DNA of 64,000 bases from Candidatus Methanomethylophilaceae archaeon. Its GTDB lineage: Archaea; Thermoplasmatota; Thermoplasmata; Methanomassiliicoccales; Methanomethylophilaceae. A program made the position numbers and the translations under genes. The notes beneath the pieces are model-generated. The model saw only the letters and a list, made by a program, of their open reading frames with translations. It did not search any database and had not been told where the DNA came from. Positions 59,824-64,000 of this stretch are shown here, piece by piece. Numbering within the stretch: the stretch's first letter is position 1; every line of letters begins with the position of its first letter. Location of the stretch: NCBI GenBank assembly GCA_050950505.1, contig JBMNHS010000001.1, positions 832,001 to 896,000 of the forward strand, given 5' to 3'.

Positions 59824-61110
59824 ATGGACGTAGGTCTCGTCGTAGCTTTGACAGCAATAATATTCGTTCTGTTGATTTTCTCAGCATATTTCTCAATGTC
59901 GGAAATGACATTCTCCACCGTCAACACAATCCGCTTAAAAAAATTGGATTCGGAAGGTGAAGTAAACGCCGCCAAGGCAATATCCCTCACCGAGGACTTT
60001 GATAAATTCCTGACTACGGTTTTAGTGGGAAACAATCTTGTCAACATCGCCGCATCAACCACCTGTGCCATGCTGTTCACGGAACAGCTGATGCCGGGCA
60101 ACCCGGGAATGGCAACACTTGCCGCCACGGTGATTATGACCGTAATCATACTCACATTCGGTGAGATACTGCCGAAAACCTTTGCCAAAAGAAATCCGGA
60201 ACATTACGCATTGAAACTGGTCAATTCTCTTTCTTTGTTCGTCACGATTCTGTATCCGATATCCTGGGCATTTGTCAAGATGAGCGCGATTCTCACAAAG
60301 AAGGAAGACGTGGATCCCGCACTCACCCTCACGGAAGATGAACTTGTGGTAATGATAAACGAAATCGAAGAGGAGGGAACTTTGGAAAAGGCGGAGAGCG
60401 ATCTGATCAAATCCGCAATCACTTTCGATGATACGAAACTCTCAGAAGTATACATTCCCAGAGTCGATGTGGTTGCCGTAAGCAAAGACGTGAACATGGA
60501 CGAACTGAAGGACATTTTCATTCACACCGGATATTCCAGAATCCCCGTTTACCATGAAAACATCGATCGCATTGTCGGTGTCGTGAATGCGAAAGACTTC
60601 TACCGAAGATATGTGGAAAACGACAATTTCAACATAATCGACATAATCCGTCAGGTGAAGTTCTTCGATGTATCCACGAACATCGACGAGGTACTCAGCG
60701 TGATGCAGAAAACCAAGGTTCACATGGCCGTGGTCCTGGACGCTTTCGGAGGGACGCTGGGTATCGTGACCCTTGAAGACCTCATAGAAGAACTCGTAGG
60801 GGAAATCTGGGATGAAAGCGATGATATCCTCCTCCCGGTGGTAAGGGAAGCCGACGGTTCGTACACCGTTCTCGGAGATGCCAACATCTTTGATGTAATG
60901 GACGATCTGGGTCTGGATTTCGATCCCGGCGAATATCAGGATTACAACGTAAGCGGATACATTCAGTATTCCACCGGAATGATTCCCAGAAGAGGAACCG
61001 TAGTGGAAACGGACAATCTGATCATCACAGTACTGTCTACCAAAGGACGCCGCGTGAAAGAAGCAAAGTTCGAAATCAAGCCCGCTCCGGAAGAACCGGA
61101 CGAGATTTGA
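59824..61110 (+). CDS. CNNM/TlyC/CorB-family protein (DUF21-CBS-CorC)
   Basis: FSMSE, LVGNNLVNI, GEILPK, YSRIPV, GIVTLEDLIEELVGEI. Confidence 0.93.
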   Translation: MDVGLVVALTAIIFVLLIFSAYFSMSEMTFSTVNTIRLKKLDSEGEVNAAKAISLTEDFDKFLTTVLVGNNLVNIAASTTCAMLFTEQLMPGNPGMATLAATVIMTVIILTFGEILPKTFAKRNPEHYALKLVNSLSLFVTILYPISWAFVKMSAILTKKEDVDPALTLTEDELVVMINEIEEEGTLEKAESDLIKSAITFDDTKLSEVYIPRVDVVAVSKDVNMDELKDIFIHTGYSRIPVYHENIDRIVGVVNAKDFYRRYVENDNFNIIDIIRQVKFFDVSTNIDEVLSVMQKTKVHMAVVLDAFGGTLGIVTLEDLIEELVGEIWDESDDILLPVVREADGSYTVLGDANIFDVMDDLGLDFDPGEYQDYNVSGYIQYSTGMIPRRGTVVETDNLIITVLSTKGRRVKEAKFEIKPAPEEPDEI

Positions 61111-61522
61111 GATATTCTTTCAGCACATCAATAGCCAGCTCTCTTTTTGCGGGATAAGATGCGACTTTACAGATAAATGATACGACGTCCCCTCCGGACC
61201 CTATGACATACTCACCGGACATCGCCTTTTGTTTGTCCAATCTGAAAAAGAAGCTGCAGTCTTCATCGATCCGTTCTTCTATTTCGTCAAGAATCCATTC
61301 AATGACATCCTTTCCGAGTCTGTCGAACAATCCGTCCATGTCCTTTCTCTTGGTGAGTTCGGCTTCAAGAATCAAAGTTCTGTTCCCCATTTCCCCTTCG
61401 GCGACATCAACTTCGTATTCATCGGTGCCAATCAGATTTTCAAACATTTCCGTAACACGGTCTTCGTCTTCTGTGGAGTAAATCATCACTCTGGATTTTA
61501 TCCATCTGAACGCAGGTTTCAT
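61076..61522 (-). CDS. Archaeal RNA-binding protein (DUF54 family)
   Basis: STEDEDRV, EGEMGN, FFFRLDKQ. Confidence 0.85.
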   Translation of the reverse strand: MKPAFRWIKSRVMIYSTEDEDRVTEMFENLIGTDEYEVDVAEGEMGNRTLILEAELTKRKDMDGLFDRLGKDVIEWILDEIEERIDEDCSFFFRLDKQKAMSGEYVIGSGGDVVSFICKVASYPAKRELAIDVLKEYLKSRPVLPERA

Positions 61523-62001
61523 TCTTCGGTCTCCGTCTTGTTTTTATTTACGGCTTTGGGTAGAACCGATGCGAGCTCTTCCGCTCTTTCGGAAGATACA
61601 GCGACAACGGTGTTCTTTGTTCTGAACAGAACTCCGTCCACGCATCCGGTGCAGTTGTAATATCTGTATTTGTAATCTCTGAAACTTATTCCGGCATAAT
61701 TTCTGAGTTCGTTCATGACTCCGTAACGGGTGTCCAAAATCTTCTCGATACGGTAACTGCGGACTTTGTAGTATTTTATTACGACTTTGTCCTCATACAC
61801 ATCGGTTTTCAGTACGAACTTACGGAAGAGCACAAACAAAAATAAGGTAATAACAGTGAATACAACAAAAAGCCACCACTCCGTCCATCCGAGAGCCGCG
61901 CTCACAAGGATGAAAATTGTCGTAGGCACAAGTATAGCCATTGTGGCTTTTTCGACTATCGGAGGCACCACGCGAATTCTTTCGCTGAATACGGGTTCCA
62001 T
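61519..62001 (-). CDS. Hypothetical two-TM protein with soluble C-terminal domain
   Basis: Hydrophobic hairpin; overlaps next gene (ATGA). Confidence 0.7.
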   Translation of the reverse strand: MEPVFSERIRVVPPIVEKATMAILVPTTIFILVSAALGWTEWWLFVVFTVITLFLFVLFRKFVLKTDVYEDKVVIKYYKVRSYRIEKILDTRYGVMNELRNYAGISFRDYKYRYYNCTGCVDGVLFRTKNTVVAVSSERAEELASVLPKAVNKNKTETEE

Positions 62002-62106
62002 ATTCCCCCATAGGGAGTCGGAGATATTTATTTTCCGTATAATAGGTTCGTCTGGCTGACGGAATGGGAATGTTTATATCATACTTCTTTATTGGTAATT
62101 CTCATC

Positions 62107-62183
62107 GGGCCCATAGCTTAGCCTGGTGGAGCGTCCGGCTGATAACCGGAAGGTCATGTGTTCGAATCACATTGGGCCCACCA
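62107..62183 (+). tRNA. tRNA-Ile(GAT), encoded CCA
   Basis: GGGCCCA/TGGGCCC acceptor stem, CTGATAA anticodon loop, TTCGAAT T-loop. Confidence 0.97.
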
Positions 62184-62336
62184 TAACCAAACCCCTTGAT
62201 GAAGATCCGCTCCGATTTTCGTTTTTCCTTTCAATCCGTTCATAATATCTCTTTTGATTCATTCGTATTTTTATTTTGCGGGTCAATGGATGCAACTTAG
62301 AAAGTTATTTATACTTTATACCTCGTAATATCTATT

Positions 62337-62556
62337 ACACGCGCAGAGGTCGCAGAATCGGTAGAACGGTCAAATGTCTCGCAAGACCTGTGTTCGAAGA
62401 TTCAGTGCCCTATACATCGTGAGACGGATAGGAACCGTCGCCTGAACGATACGAAGATTCCCTACTGGAATCATATAATGATTCGGGCCCTCCGGTATTC
62501 CTGATACAGAACAACAAGAGGGTGTATGCAGAATCGTTGTACGGCTCTGCGCGTGT
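62337..62556 (+). ncRNA. Candidate structured non-coding RNA (~220 nt), family unknown
   Basis: 12-bp terminal stem, loop-E motif, GNRA-capable hairpins, BRE/TATA about 25-30 nt upstream, T-rich tract downstream, no ORF of 60 aa or more in the track. Confidence 0.7.
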
Positions 62557-62648
62557 TGTCGGATTGCTTATTTGAATTTTTATGATTTTATAATGTATCG
62601 AAACAGAGCAAGCTCGATGTTTGAGGGTATTGTCATTTCAACAAAGTA

Positions 62649-62695
62649 AAAAAAATCAAAGACCTCTTGCTTCGCGTGACGCAAAGCAAGAAGTC
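62649..62695 (-). terminator. Terminator of glycine betaine transporter
   Basis: TCTTGCTT/AAGCAAGA stem followed by poly-T on the minus strand. Confidence 0.65.
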
Positions 62696-62710
62696 TCCAT
62701 AAGTTGTTTT

Positions 62711-64000
62711 TCAATCAGACGGTCCGTTCCAATCTTTCGGTCCGTATTCATCAAGATACTGGCCGTGTGTGGCCGGGGCCCATACGGTAGTGGTCAGATC
62801 GATGTGTCCGTAAGCCAATCCGGCATACAGCGGACCCGCGGTAACCTGTCGGGTCTCAACCGTGTATCCCAGTTCTTCCAGCAAATGCTTCAGCACGTTC
62901 GTGGATCCCACGGCACAGGACCAATCAACAAGACCGAGAACTATATTTCCGCGACTCTCGCCGACATTCAAATCCTTCAGCCATTTTTCTTTGATATCCT
63001 CATTTTCCGTCAGCCACATCAAAGCAGATTCAGAGATGTCCGATCCGTCTTTCCGATCTTCGATAAACTCCAGAAGTCCGTTGAACTCATCGACGGAATA
63101 CGAATATCTGCTCATCAACAAAGCAAGATCCGCATCATTTTTCAATAATCCGTTCCTGGCCCAGGACTGTATGGATTCGGCTTCTCCGTAAACCCCCAAA
63201 TCATCTTCCAGATAGATCATTTCATATTTTGATGCGGCCCAATGGGGATCCCACAAAGTCACAACGATGTATTCGTTGTTCTCATAAGCCGCTTTAAGGC
63301 TGGTAAGCATTCCCGCTTCCGAACTCGATTGAAGTTCAAAATTCAAACCATAATCTTCTATGGCCTGTTCGGTCATGTTCATGATGCCCGCTCCGGAATC
63401 GATACCGATAATTTTTCCTTTGAAAGCATCGAAGTGAGTGTCAAGATCGGAAACGGTTCTCACTCCGAGCATGTCGTACGTATACGTGGTAACGGCCAAA
63501 CCCAGTTTGGCACCGTTATCGAGAACATCGCCCGCAAATTCTATGTCTTCCATCTTGTCTTCATCGACAAAGAAAAACGCGCCGGCGCTGACCACAAGAA
63601 ATACAGCAAGTACGCCGGTGCCGATTTTTAAGGTTCTCATTGTATCCTTTTTGCTTCTTGACACAAAAACTTCAGGTTCCGTTTTGGTAAACGATTGTGT
63701 GAGTCTGTCCAGAGTCATCGCTATCAATACCACGGCAAGACCCGCTTCGAATCCCACGGCGATATCGATCCGGTTCAATGCGTACACAATATCTCCGCCG
63801 AGTCCGCCTCCGCCGATCATGGCGGCGATGACAACCATCGACAATGAGAGCATGATGCATTGGTTGATTCCGGTCATTATTGACGGCATTGCGATGGGAA
63901 GCTGAACTTTGGTAAGTTTGTCCCATTTCGTGGAACCGAAGGCATCGGCCACCTCGTTCATCTCTTCGGGAACCTGACGGATTCCCAGGTTGGTCAGCCT
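62711..64000 (-). CDS. Glycine betaine ABC permease fused to binding domain (ProW-ProX/OpuAB-AC); 5' end beyond window
   Basis: EAA-like loop EVADAFG, VQLPIAMP, GIDSGAG, WDPHW. Confidence 0.9.
   Translation of the reverse strand, partial: RLTNLGIRQVPEEMNEVADAFGSTKWDKLTKVQLPIAMPSIMTGINQCIMLSLSMVVIAAMIGGGGLGGDIVYALNRIDIAVGFEAGLAVVLIAMTLDRLTQSFTKTEPEVFVSRSKKDTMRTLKIGTGVLAVFLVVSAGAFFFVDEDKMEDIEFAGDVLDNGAKLGLAVTTYTYDMLGVRTVSDLDTHFDAFKGKIIGIDSGAGIMNMTEQAIEDYGLNFELQSSSEAGMLTSLKAAYENNEYIVVTLWDPHWAASKYEMIYLEDDLGVYGEAESIQSWARNGLLKNDADLALLMSRYSYSVDEFNGLLEFIEDRKDGSDISESALMWLTENEDIKEKWLKDLNVGESRGNIVLGLVDWSCAVGSTNVLKHLLEELGYTVETRQVTAGPLYAGLAYGHIDLTTTVWAPATHGQYLDEYGPKDWNGPSD

Noticed and set aside
62337-62556. 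Assignment of the RNA candidate as RNase P, SRP or 5S RNA
   Set aside because: Conserved signature sequences are absent on both strands and the length does not fit.
1-64000. In-frame amber (pyrrolysine) read-through genes, plausible for this lineage
   Set aside because: The recognisable genes look full length; I saw no split gene joined by TAG. Not exhaustively checked.
1-64000. CRISPR array, integrase or transposase
   Set aside because: No regularly spaced repeats, and no recombinase or transposase motifs in any ORF.

Overview
Archaeal chromosomal window, shown by FEN1, an archaeal-type MAT, rpl40e, TATA/BRE promoters and an alpha2-type GlyRS. The gene set and style suggest a Thermoplasmatota methanogen of the Methanomassiliicoccales type, but this is inference: no methanogenesis marker lies in the window. 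Housekeeping blocks (about 0-24.8 kb and 45-64 kb) flank an accessory block at about 25-45 kb. That block encodes a CobN + ChlI + ChlD class I chelatase, two FecCD/Btu-type ABC importers, a NodIJ/DrrAB-type ABC exporter and an unknown protein. Two signals stand out. (1) A 19-bp palindrome (nwTGGA-N7-TCCAwn) sits at all eight promoters of the chelatase/transport units, defining a candidate metal-regulated tetrapyrrole uptake/processing regulon. (2) A stand-alone ~220-nt structured RNA candidate (62337-62556) lies next to tRNA-Ile, with its own promoter, a 12-bp closing stem and a GGUA/GAA loop-E motif; I cannot assign it to any family I know. Product calls come from motif recognition by eye; no database searches were run.
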